In this document: positions 1 through 10,931 of the stretch, in pieces | How positions within the stretch are numbered: position 1 is the stretch's first letter | Layout: the number at the start of each line of letters is the position of its first letter | NCBI RefSeq assembly: GCF_018977255.1 | Contig: NW_024704743.1 | Span: 91,762,001-91,826,000, forward strand | Reading direction: 5' to 3' | Length of the DNA: 64,000 nucleotides | Source: Callorhinchus milii | Taxonomy: Eukaryota | The notes under the pieces: generated by a model | The model's database searches: none | What the model was told of the DNA's origin: nothing | Seen by the model: only the letters and a program-made list of their open reading frames with translations | Program-made: the position numbers and the translations under genes

Positions 1-94
1 GAATCTTGTCTGTGCCCTGACAGGACTGTCCTATCTGGAGCAGCTTTCCTTTGGCTGCTTCCACAGGTTACTTGCTGCTCCTTGTCTTGACTTA

Positions 95-955
95 CTGACA
101 ACCTTAATGCTTCTTAACAATGCTGCAGCTTCTTTTGGGCTATCAAAGGACTACTGTTGCCCCTTGTGTTTTACTGACAGCTATACAGGTATGGTAGTAC
201 GCATTTTACTGACAATTCTCTCTCAGAAAAGAATTGTAGAGCAATTTTATTATAAACCAGATATAAAACAATACAAACCACGGTCTTCTATCAGAATGAA
301 GGGTTTTATTTGCTTCGGCTACATTATTATGAAGCTTGCATGAAAGTCATGTTTAATTCTGGATTTTCCAAGCTGTTTCTGATCTTCTGACACTTTCTAA
401 TGAAAAGATTATTCCTGTGGCAAGTTTCCGGTCAAAAAATGCAGACTTTCTGTCTCAGCCCTGCTCAGAATCTCGCATATAATCAACTCATTGAGGAAGT
501 TCAGCAGTTTGCATTCATCCACACATTACACAGTCACTACACTTTATAGTATACCCTGTGAAGCTCTTTGAGACAATCTCCCAACGTGAAAGGCACTATA
601 TCAAACGTGAGTATTATTATTATTGTTTACATAAAATTACCTTATTTTCCTTAAACAGACAGATTACAGTTCAAGGTCTTTCAAATGATTCCCATCACAA
701 AAGCACTCACACAGAAGCTCAACATTTCTTATCGCCTTACACTTAAGATCTTCATCTTAAAATGTAGGATAATTCCGAATTTTTAAAAATTCCTGAAGTT
801 TTAATTTAGAGGACGATATCCTGTGGATCTTTTTAAGAACTGTAGAAAAAGAACTTCCAATTGATGACTGGATATAACAATCTTCCCAAAATTCTTCAAA
901 CATCTGTTTTTCTGTAATGCATTAGCAGCCCTCGGAGAATAATTAGGCTTTTGTG
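95..955 (-). mobile_element. Heavily decayed LINE-1-type ORF1 (Transposase_22-like) fossil, interrupted by a SINE tail at ~520-625
   Basis: Minus-strand translation gives motif-like fragments in the expected order: KSLIILRGL (cf. RRNNIRIxGLPE), KKIHRI (cf. IERAHR), IILHFKMKIL and LSVKHKGQQ*SFDSPKEAAALL (cf. C-terminal FxSPEEA). Many stops and frameshifts. Confidence 0.4.
520..625 (+). mobile_element. 5'-truncated SINE 3' end with (TTA)n tail
   Basis: cagtcactacacttta...gtgaagctctttgagac...cgtgaaaggcactatatcaaacgtgagtattattattatt matches the 3' end of the full SINE at 57882-58208. Confidence 0.8.
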
Positions 956-2144
956 AAGCAAACCCACTTTAATCTACACGTACTGTTCTGTTGAAATGTC
1001 ACTTTTGAAGGGGAAATCGTTCATTATTTCCCAGACAGATGTTAATGGCATATTCCAGAGGTGGGTAAAATGTTCTCACTAGCACCTGCACTACTTCCGC
1101 AAAGCACGATACGAAATGCAATTTAAGATAAAATGTATGATTATTTTATGACTAAGGAGAATCTTATGATGAGTTGCTCCGCAACTCCGCATTGCTCCGC
1201 AACCCTTAAAACAAAGTAAGTTTCAATTAAAGAGTTTGAAAAACTTTTGTTTGTTTACCAAAAAGAGTGTTGCAACACCTATTTATCAAAATATTCAAAT
1301 AAAATTACATTGCTTCTATCCAATATTATTGTTCTGCATCCTCAGACGTAAAGAAAGTTTCACTCTAGTTGTGAAGAAATGTTAACACTACGTATTTCTT
1401 TCAATCCGTTTTAGATCAACTGGAAATCCGTGAACAATTATGGAAATCACTAAAGAGAAGTTTTAAAATCAATCACAAATACTAGGGAATCAATCAATTA
1501 TCAAGAACGTACTGGTTTCAAGTTTGCTTAGGCAAATTATAAGGGAATCAAAGTTTATACTGCATGTTTACTAATTACTCTGTTATATTTAGAAATGTAT
1601 TGAGTAAAGAAAATTCATTGACAATTTTGGTGTCATTAGATAAAAATGCAAAATGATGGTAAGCAATTGCCAAATAAATGACCTCTATCGTAGACAGCGT
1701 TTTTTTTTAGATCTGAACTCGCTCACCGTTGTGTATTTGTACATTCTCATTCACATATCTCAGAACTATTCACCAGACAGTGCCTGTATTGGTAATAACT
1801 TGAGACAAGTAGAGTTGTCTTGTTTTAAACTATTAAGAAAAATCAGAAGACCCCACTAGAGAAATAAGGGCATAATATGCCTTTTATACACCTGTCCCAA
1901 GGGTCATGTCTGAAGGAATATATTTTTATCCTAAATGCCAGGTGCCTGAATTATATGGTGTATAATGGTGTTTATTCTTTGTCAGATCCTATCATATAGT
2001 AGGAAGAATTTCTCTCACTTTGTAATTGACAACGTGATGTACTGCTGATATTATTGATTTGCCAGCATATATAAAAAAATTCACGTTGCTTTTTATTTAT
2101 AAAAAACTCAATTTAGCAAATAACTTTCTGAACTTCTGAATTTA

Positions 2145-2262
2145 CCCACAAAATACAGTCAATCCATTTTACAGTAAATCCTGCAAAAAACTTTGAGACA
2201 TCTAGGCAACGTGATAAGGCGCTGTATCAAATGCAAGGATAAGTATTATTATTATTAGTAGT
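2145..2262 (+). mobile_element. 5'-truncated SINE 3' end
   Basis: cccacaaaatacagtcaatcc...ggcgctgtatcaaatgcaaggataagtattattattatt is the same tail as 57882-58208. Confidence 0.85.
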
Positions 2263-2843
2263 ATTGTGACATTATCTTATTTGCACACCTTTGTTAACAC
2301 TCGGTCCTCACTGCCGCCTAATCCTGGCTGGGTTATTTTAAAATAAACGTTCTGACTTTAAGACGTGGCTTGGCAATCACCCACTGAAGGGCAGTGTTTA
2401 CAAACCAAACCCTGGGTGATCAAAAATGTGGAAAGGTTCAGAAAATAGCTGCTGTAAATGAGGAACTGACGGTCTGAACACACAGGCAAGAAAGGGCAGC
2501 AAGGCAAATGCTTCTTGCGCTGTGGTACATGAGAAACCAGACACATCTACTTACAGTGGTGCAGAACCTTTCAAAGCGAAATGATGCACATTCACTCCCA
2601 CACTGGTTGCCAGAAGCTCTTCGTGGGAAAACAGCGCACGAGTTGCCATCCACGCGATTTAATGAAAACAGAGTAAATACCGTTCAGCAGCAATAAGGTG
2701 GACACAGGTTAACCCACTGGGTAGATAGCAAATAACGCGACACAACCGCAGCGCTAGCATCTTTTTAAACAATCTAGGTAAAGCGATGGGGAGGAGGAGG
2801 GGGGGGTGGATAAGAGTTAAATAAAACACACGTCAGTTATACT

Positions 2844-2865
2844 TTTATTTGGTCATTATTTTATT
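2844..2865 (-). terminator. Candidate polyadenylation signals (two AATAAA) with a downstream GU/U-rich element
   Basis: The plus strand has tttatt at 2844-2849 and 2860-2865. Downstream on the minus strand it reads gtgtgttttattt (~2831-2819). Confidence 0.35.
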
Positions 2866-3104
2866 CCCATCATTTTGTTTTCCGATGGTGACAAGATTTA
2901 CATTTACTGGCCTAAAGTCAATAAGTACCTGTGCTGGAGAGTGGGTGTCACTTTATGTGGACAGTGTAAATAAACTAAAACGCTCTTCACTTTCCCCTCA
3001 AGACCTTCCACAGCCATCCACAACTTTTAGGTTGAGATTTTGGGTTTCTCTTTTTTTTTGGGGGGGGGGGGTTAAAATGTTTCAAAAGTTTGCGACAATT
3101 CACT

Positions 3105-3142
3105 GAGAGAGGGGGAGAGAGAGGAGAGAGAGAGAGAGAGAG
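3105..3142. repeat. (GA)n microsatellite
   Basis: Direct reading. Confidence 0.95.
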
Positions 3143-3318
3143 GCAGATTCCCAACCCCTGCCCCAACACAACCTAATATAAGCCTAAACATTTAGGGAAA
3201 ATTGCCTTCAAGAGAAAGATGGGGTGGTGGGTGGGGAAGAAACGCCTTCAATAACAAACTGGAAGAAAAGTTTTTTTTTGGGGGGGGGTCAAAAAAGTAG
3301 AAAAGTCTGCAAAACCCC

Positions 3319-3343
3319 TTGTTGTTGTTGTTGTTGTTGTTGT
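3319..3343. repeat. (TTG)n microsatellite
   Basis: Direct reading. Confidence 0.95.
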
Positions 3344-3806
3344 CACTTGGGCTCAAACCAAGTGGGGAGCCCAGGTTTTGTGGCAACACCGGTATGGAAA
3401 AACACACCACAAGCTTTGCAAACAGAACGAGCATCAGAGAAAAGAGTTGCTTTTTTCTAAAAAAAAAGGTGAAGGCTACTACCTTGCCTTGCATGCGATT
3501 TTTTAAAAAAAAATATATATAATTCCATCTTTTTTTCTGGAAAGGGAGAGGGAGGGAAGGGGAGAGGGTGTTGGGGGTAGAAAGGGGGGGGGGGGGGGAG
3601 AGGGGGAGGAGATCTGGTAACAGTAACCCCCCCCCTCCACCCCACCCCCCCCAAAAAAAAGACAAAATATGCACATTACAGCCAGTTCCTTTTTTGTTGT
3701 TGTTGTTTTTTTGTGAGTGCCAATGCAAGTCACTGACTTATCACTACACAGCATGCAAGAACTTCATCCTGCAAAATAGATTTTCTCTTCAAAACCCACG
3801 CTTTGT

Positions 3807-3845
3807 TATATATATATATATATATATATATCAAAATATATATAT
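3807..3845. repeat. (TA)n microsatellite in the candidate first intron
   Basis: Direct reading. Confidence 0.95.
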
Positions 3846-4137
3846 TTTTTTAAAAAATGTTTTTTTTTTGGTGTTGGCTCGATTCGATTTTTCTTTTGCA
3901 CTCCCCCCCCCCCCCCCCCCCCACCCCATCCCTTTCCCCCCCCCCAAAAAAAAAGTTCAAAAGGATTAAAATGACCCCCACCACCACCCCACCCAACCCA
4001 ACCCCAACCCCCCCCTCACCCCCCCCCCCCCAAACCCCCCACCCTCCCCCACCCCAAAAAAAAATCAAAAAAAAAAAACATCGTATGTTTTTAAAAAAAA
4101 AAAAAAAATTATTCCAGAGATAAAAAAAACTACTCAC

Positions 4138-4432
4138 CGAGCGGGAAAAATTCAAGAGAGAGAGAGAGAGAAAAATACCGAAGTTTGTAATATGGCGGTG
4201 GAAGAGGTAATGAAGAGCAGAGCCCTCCCTCAGCCTCGGGCTACTACACGTGATGTGAGAGGCTCACAGCTCCCAGGCAGTGCCCAAAGGCTGGCGCTCG
4301 GAGCCTCAGATCCCCCCAAAAGCCACAGGCTCGATCCTCATGTGTTTATATTTTTATATATATATGTGTATATATATATGTATATGTGTATATATCATTT
4401 TTTTTGTGCTTTGCTTTAAACCAACTCGAGCG
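4138..4432 (-). other. Candidate first exon (non-coding) downstream of the TATA box
   Basis: Ends at consensus donor CG|GTGAGT (plus strand actcac, 4132-4137). Begins about 30 nt downstream of TATAAAAA. Contains a CACGTG E-box (4247-4252) and a YY1-type motif (4189-4198). Confidence 0.5.
4189..4198 (+). promoter_or_regulatory. YY1-type motif AATATGGCGG
   Basis: Matches AANATGGCGG and lies within the promoter-proximal region. Confidence 0.45.
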
Positions 4433-4454
4433 CGCCTTCCTGCTCGCCCCGGTG

Positions 4455-4462
4455 TTTTTATA
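4455..4462 (-). promoter_or_regulatory. TATA box (TATAAAAA) in GC-rich context
   Basis: The minus strand reads ggggcagtcgcTATAAAAAcaccggggcgagc, an isolated AT island in CpG-rich flanks about 300 nt upstream of a consensus donor. Confidence 0.6.
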
Positions 4463-4564
4463 GCGACTGCCCCTCGCTCTGCTCCCACAGACTGAGAGAG
4501 AGAGAGAGACAGACAGACAGGGAGGGAGGGAGGGGAGAGGGAGAGGGAGGGAGGGAGGGAGAGG

Positions 4565-5660
4565 GTGAGATCGGGAATGGCTGTTGCGAAAGACTCAAGC
4601 GATGCTGCCATTCCCTCCCCAGACAACATCAGATGGTGCGGTCCTGGCGGCCACTCACCAGCTCACTGGCTTGTCTTGTTGTTACCCAGAGAGAGAGAGA
4701 GGGAGAGGGAGGGAGGGAGGAGGGAGGGTGTGTGTGTGTGTGAGGGAGGGAGGGAGAGGGAGGGAGGGAGGGGAGGTGTGTGTGTGTGAGGGAGGGAGGG
4801 AGGGAGGGAGAGAGGGAGGAGGGGAGGTGTGTGTGTGTGAGGGAGGGAGGGAGGGAGAGAGAGAGGGAGGAGGGGAGGTGTGTGTGTGAGGGAGGGAGGG
4901 AGGGAGAGAGGGAGGGGGGGGGGGGGGGGGGGGGGGGAGGGGAGGAGGGGAGGTGTGGTGTGTGAGGGAGGGAGGGAGGGAGAGAGAGAGGGAGGAGGGG
5001 AGGTGTGTGTGTGAGGGAGGGAGGGAGGGAGAGAGGGAGTGAAGATGCTGCAGATCACTGCTCCCCACACCACCACATTTAATACATCGCCCACCTGCGT
5101 TTATCCGCACACCAACAGCATCTTCCCGCAACTCGAACACTAGATCGCCACCGTATTTTTTTTTTGGGGGGGGGTTAGTGTTTTGCAACAGTGCATTTAT
5201 ATCTATATGTGTGCGTGTGTCTCTCTGTGTGTGTGTGTATATATATATTTGAGGAGGAGATCGCAGCCTCCAACACACACACAATTGGCTGCGAGACCGA
5301 TCCTCGTCTTCTGCCTCGAACACGAAAGTCCTTATCCACGCGCCCTCTGAGTCTTATTTACGTTGCGGTATTGTTTTTGTTTGCTGGGAGGAGGGGGAAG
5401 GGAAGGTGCAATCTGCTCGGTGTGCGTTTGGGGTTGTGCGGTGGCCCTGATCTGGTGGTGGGGGGGTGGGGGGGGATCTGCGGATTTCACGTCGTCCCTC
5501 TCGCTCGGGCGCGATGTGAACCAGGTTTTGAAGTGCGGTGCAAGTTTTGCGGCGTCGTGTCGTGCAAAGACCAGATCCGCACAAAGATCCGCACAGGCAA
5601 AGCACCTCGTTTTACGGAGACAAACAACGTGTGCATTAAAAACGACGGTGTAAAATGAAT
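4565..5660. promoter_or_regulatory. CpG-enriched promoter region with a second minus-strand donor (CTG|GTGAGT at 4659/4658), suggesting an alternative upstream first exon
   Basis: CpG density is visibly higher than in the rest of the window (e.g. 5080-5650). Plus-strand actcac at 4653-4658; CAGATGG E-box at 4630-4636. Confidence 0.55.
4689..5040. repeat. Composite purine-rich minisatellite: ~40-nt unit (GGGA)n-(GA)n-GGAGGGGAG-(GT)n, roughly 6-7 copies, with a poly-G tract
   Basis: Direct reading; the unit gagggagggagggagagagagggaggaggggaggtgtgtgtgtgt recurs. Confidence 0.9.
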
Positions 5661-7254
5661 CATGTTTGGCAGTTTACATGGTAAATCAAAGAAAAAAAAC
5701 TTTCAAGGTGTCTCCTCCAACTATTATGACAGAGACTAACTACAATCCCAACCATTTGATATCCATCATCCTCACAAACCTGACTCCGAATCAACACAAT
5801 AATTGGATCGCAACACACTTAGACAGAAATGCACCATTGACCAACTACTGAACATGAAGTTGTAAGGGCTTCATCAATGTTCCCCTACAGTCTGGTATCA
5901 CAGCGTCGCCGCCAAGGAACACACGAATGAATTAATTCGATGGCGAACATGACAGCAATGGTCTAATTGTCTTATCGCCTGTCTATAATGGACACTGATT
6001 TACATTCCGTCTCTCTCTCTCTCACACACACACACGCACACACTTCTGATTTGTATTGCTCTGAACTTCTTGTAAATCACAGATTAGGTTACAGTGGAAT
6101 CGTTTCCCATGTTTCAGGATTGCTCCCATCTGGGCTCTCATTTCCGGCTTTCTCTGGACCCATTCTGTCTGTGGTGATGGATCACAAACAGCAGATAGCC
6201 TACCCCCACTCCCACCCACCCCATCACACACTCACACTCAACCCAATATATTTATAGAAATCCTAAACGTTTCATATTCCTTACTAAGAAGTGTGCATTG
6301 AGCAAAGGTTGCTGGACTATTTATGTGGGAAGCGTGACCTTAGTTCAATATATTTGACAATTGTGGCTGCAGAAACTCAATACAAAAATCTATTAACGCT
6401 TAGAAGTTCTATGGCAGCAAATGTTGAATTTATGATCTACTTATTTGATATCTTGAATTAGTCTACAAGATACACAACCCCTATACTGTACAGTAAATCC
6501 TTTACAGTAAATATGTTTGAGAAGGGAAAGGCGCTATATCAAATGCAAGGTTTATTAGCATTGAATAACATTATTGTTAATTAATATGCTTCAGTGCCAA
6601 GTTGTACCAGTTACTGTCCTTAGTTAAAATTCACCAATAAAATTAGGAAACTGGCATAAAACCTCAACAATATTCTGCACAAACAATGCCTAGGATTATA
6701 GTTGGGAATCGTTTGGATTAAGTGAGGTTTGATTTTGTACCGCACTGCAGAGCAATTGTCTCCCCAACACCTCCATCTATTCATTTCTGCTATTTAGATT
6801 CCAGTTACTTATATTATGTTATAGTTACAGTGAGACACAGTGCAATATATTTTAATTTAGTGTATTGGACATTTCCCTTGGCCAATTATCCCCCAAATAG
6901 TTTTGGTCGTTCACTTCATGGCTACTTATGGGACATTGCTGTGTGTTACATCAAATGCAAAGATTCTTCTTTTTCTTGTTATTTTTCCCATTTTTACCTC
7001 CCTCATACCCACTCTCCCCCATCCAGGTTCGGATGCAAATACTGGATTGTTCAGGGTCCAGCCAATGTGAAAGGTACTATATAAATATTAATTTGTATTG
7101 TATTGTATATTTATAGTAATAATTTGGTCACTCAAGCCACGACTGTTTGTGGAACACTGCTGTATGCAATTGGCTGCCATGTTTCGCCCACAAAATATAG
7201 TCAATTCACTTTACAGTATTTTGTGTGAAGCGCTTTGACATGTCGTGTCCCAAA

Positions 7255-8770
7255 CTATATACCGTATCCCGAGATATTATTTTCTAGCAGAAATCTATCT
7301 GATTTGTTCTTGAAACAAACAACATTTTCTGCTTCCACTGTCTCCCTAGGGAGCTTGGTCCTTACGTTTACCATTCGCTCACTGTAGTTTTTCCACAGAT
7401 TTGTTCTAAATGTACCCCCCTTCAATTGTAGACCATATCCTCTGGTTCTATTGTTCAGGACAAGATAAAACAGCTTAACATGGTCTACATTATTTAGTCC
7501 CTTCAGAATCTTATAGACTGTAATCATATCGCCCGTCAACCTTCTCTCACCAGTGTGAACATGCCCAGTTTATCTAATTGCTCATTGTAGTCCATTCCCT
7601 TCATGCCCTTAGTCATTTTGGATGCCCTCCTCTGAATCCTCTCAATACTGCAATATCGTTTTTATAATTTGGTGACCAGAACTGCACATAATATTCCAAG
7701 TATGGTCACACCAGTGATTTACAAAGTGGCAGGATTACCCCACTATTTCAGCTCAATATTGCCCTTTTAATACAACGCAGCATCTGGTTTGCCTTACCCA
7801 ATGCTACCAAGCACTGTTGTGATAGTTTCAATTTAATGTCAATCAGAACCCCCAGGTCCTTTTCATTCTCTGTACCGATTATTTTCTTTCTACTTAAATA
7901 AGTCCCTTCCTGGATTTTTTGTCCCCATGTGAAGCACTTTGCATTTCTCTGCATTGAATTTTATCTGCCATCGATCTGCCCAATTTCCAAATATGTTCAA
8001 TTTCTTATGTAACCTATCCTGTTCATCTTTGCAGTCTACCATTTTCCTTAGCTTTGCGTAATCTGCAAATTTAGCCGCTGATCTTGTGGCTCATAGCTCA
8101 AGGACGTTTTTGAAGATGTTAAATAAAAGAGGTCCCAAATAGACACCTGTGGAACTCCACTGGTAACATTCTCCCAGTCTGATGACATTCCTTGTACCAC
8201 TATCTTCTGGGTTCTATCCATCACCCAATTACATACCCATCGCAAGATACTTGATTCCTGCTTTTTTTTATTTTCAGTACCAGCCTTTCAAAAGGAACTG
8301 TATCAAAGGCCTTACTAAAATCCAGATATACAACATCCACTGCCTTATAATGTTTTGAGAAAACATTTCTTCACTCAGAGGGTAGTGAATTTATGGAATT
8401 CTCTACCCCAGAAGGCTGTGGATGCTCAGTCATTGAACATATTCAAGACTGAGATTGATAGATTTTTTAAAACTAAAGGGATTAAGGGTTATGGGGATAG
8501 GGCGGGTAAATGGAATTAGGTTAGAAGATCAGCCATGATCTTATTAAATGGCGGTGCAGGTTCGAGGGGCCGAATGGCCTACTCCTGCTCCTATTTCTTA
8601 TGTACTTATGTTCTATCCTTATCAAGCTCCCTTGTCACACAGTCAAAGAAAACCAGTAAATTAGTTTGGCAGGATCTCTTCTTCATAAACCCACATTGGT
8701 CATCTTTTATCATTTTATTATAGTCCAGATGCTCCATGATCTTATTTTTAATAAGAGTCTCAATAACTTT
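7255..8770 (-). mobile_element. Decayed CR1 LINE ORF2 (reverse transcriptase C-terminal half), split by an opposite-strand CR1 tail
   Basis: ORF fragments DDQCGFMKKRSCQTNLLVFFD (8606-8827), VTSGVPQ (8048-8245), EKDLGVLID...[11 protein letters not shown] (7748-7954) and GDMITVYKILKG...RTRG (7255-7539) are CR1 RT hallmarks. Confidence 0.9.
8352..8612 (+). mobile_element. CR1 (HER1-like) 3' end inserted into the minus-strand CR1
   Basis: ttcttcactcagagggtagtgaatttatggaattctctacc...gatcagccatgatcttattaaatggcggtgcaggttcgaggggccgaatggcctactcctgctcct, ending in tatgtacttatgttc. Confidence 0.85.
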
Positions 8771-8774
8771 ACAA

Positions 8775-8985
8775 ACAGCCCACAAACAACCATACATTGT
8801 ATCTGAGGGGTGTATTGGCCATGACACAGGAAGAAACTCTCTTTTTTGAACAGTGCCATGTGATCTTTAACATGAACCTGAACAGGCAGATGGGGGCCTT
8901 GGTTTAGCATCTCATCAAAAGGACAGGACCTCTGACAATGCAGCATACCACCAGCACTGCACTAGAGTGTAAGCTTAGAGTTCAA
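8775..8985 (-). mobile_element. Deu-domain SINE fragment
   Basis: Reverse complement of the caggt..atgttaaagatc.catggcact core and tgctgcattgtcagagg. Confidence 0.8.
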
Positions 8986-9669
8986 TGTCCCAATAATAGT
9001 TGCCACAATTATCCATGAATTCTGCTCACTGGTGTCCCTCGGTTGTCTTGTGATTTGAAGCTACCTGTATGTAGTCAGAGGAAAGATGGGAGAAATTATA
9101 ATTTTTATAACACCTCCGATGTGATACCCTGAACTATCCTGATCACAGAGAATGTTTCTGGTGCTCTTCCTATCAACTCAGATAAGTTCAGCATAAAATA
9201 TTCATTTGCAGCCCGCGGGAGAATAGCATTTCTAAAGAAATATCATGAGAATGTATGAGTGCAAGATCTAAATAAGTGCAGATCAATCTTGCTAGATAAT
9301 ATTTAAGGATATCTGACTATTCAGTAGAATGAAGCTTCTTTTTTATTATATATAACACTCCTTACCTATTCAGTTCTAGTGTTGAGTCATTGTCAGCAAT
9401 TTATCTGCACAAATTTCAAAGCAAATTTCAAAGAGGTTATTTGTCATTTACTGAGAAGATCATATTATTGCTTTGGAGAGATCTACAAAATCTGTTTGTC
9501 ACCAGAGGAAAAAAAGAGAATCTGTTATTTTCAACACATGAGGCATTTTTAAATTAAGGAAGTTGATCCTTTTGTGAAATTAGGCTTTCGCTAAGTGATT
9601 GAAAAAGAACCTGCTCTGCTTGCCTGACACTTGTTGTTATAATTTCTGTAACACATTAAATTAACACAG

Positions 9670-10095
9670 GAGCAGCCCTGAAGGCACAGGGGATAAAACG
9701 GCAGCATTAAGCTCCAGGAGCTCATGGGTTTGAATCCTGGTCCGTGCTGAGTTTGCTGATCTTCATGATACAGGCTGCTTTTAATTTAATCAATACAGCT
9801 GATATTTATTTCCTGTATTTGCCAAGTCTTCTCAAGACGTGGGAGTGGGGGGAAAACAGCTAGGGTTTCTGCTTCTCGTCCCTATATAACACCCTATATT
9901 GGTAGTGTGACCACGTGGCAGCTGGGCGGGGAGAGGTCAGGTCTGGCTGTGATGAACTCTATCACCAACTGACCCATCGACACTCACTGCTAAAGTCTCA
10001 TACATGAGCAATGGCCACTTAGGCAGCATACTAGAGGGCAACCAGCACCCATGGAACTACACCTCAGTATGAGAACCAGGAGCACAGAGGCATAT
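9670..10095 (+). mobile_element. Old tRNA-derived SINE resembling the MER131-type ancient vertebrate SINE
   Basis: B-box-like gggtttgaatcc, then gtgctgagtttgctgatct...gggggaaaacagctagggtttctgct...gacactcactg...aatggccactt...gcacccatggaact. The family name is from memory and was not searched. Confidence 0.45.
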
Positions 10096-10931
10096 GCCAG
10101 TGGGGCGAAATAATTGGAATTGCTACAATATTTAAATCAAAACAATGTACCCAGAGCTCACAAAAGCAGAGCTTGCCTTCTATGAGCTTTAATCCTGACG
10201 TCTTCGCTAAGGTTTACCAACATGATCGCTATTAATAAATATACTAAATCTGTAGGCACTGAATAACACTCCGTCTCCTTCAGTTAGTGTCAAGATTTAC
10301 TTTAACTATCCTGGTGGCCTTCAATTCCATCAAATGCAGTTTTTGTTTATTTAACTGTGTGGAATGAAATAATGTAGCTTGAAGGTATCAACAGAAGAAA
10401 CAACAGTAAGAACAATAAGAGAAAAACAAAACAGCTTTGGGAGACTGTACAAAAATATCTGAACAGCTGTAAGGTAAGATTTTTTTGTAGATGGAAGGAT
10501 TCTTTGGCGATGGGTTCAGTGTTGGACCTAGGATCTGTTCAACTTTCCAGCTGAGATTCCTCAGGCAACCGAAGCAATGGGAGAAACCTCTCAAAAAAAG
10601 ATAAAAATATCAAAGCAATTTTTGATATGGAATAACCCATATTCTCTCAGATTGCAAAACAAGATCAAAATCTAAACCTTCAAACACTCATTCATGTAGG
10701 TATGAATTCACAAACTCCAGTGTCCACATCAGTCCAGGGTGTGAATTGATGTAGACACTTTAGTAACTATAGATAGACCACATTTCATGGGCATTTTTGG
10801 AATTGTGTAATTTACACCTGGGCCTGGGGACCTTTCATTCTTGCAAAAAAAACCACATAGACAGGTATGATACTCAACTTTAAACTCAAGAATTTAAACT
10901 TGTGACAACCTGCCTCATTTGGTCAGCCTGG

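Larger units (their letters stand above)
2929..3768 (-). other. Candidate large, mostly non-coding exon (exon 2) of an unidentified minus-strand transcript
   Basis: Acceptor tattttgcAG|G at 3769/3768. Possible donor CAG|GTACTT at 2929/2928, or the exon runs on to the AATAAA signals at ~2850. Blocks of unique sequence alternate with homopolymer and microsatellite tracts, as in long 5'UTRs. Confidence 0.4.

Noticed and set aside
4234..4290. Hairpin (tgtgag-agg-ctcaca with outer gggc/gccc) as a possible pre-miRNA
   Set aside because: The stem is short and interrupted by large internal loops, and no known mature miRNA was recognised.
4192..4419. Plus-strand ORF MAVEEVMKS... with strong Kozak context and a possible donor GAG|GTAATG
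   Set aside because: It runs into a (TA)n repeat, the ATG is explained by the YY1 motif, and no downstream plus-strand exons were recognised. The other signals favour the minus strand. Not fully excluded.
3192..5323. Long ORFs (up to 213 aa) rich in P/L/S/G/E/R
   Set aside because: They are translations of homopolymers and (GGGA)n/(GT)n repeats, open in several frames on both strands.
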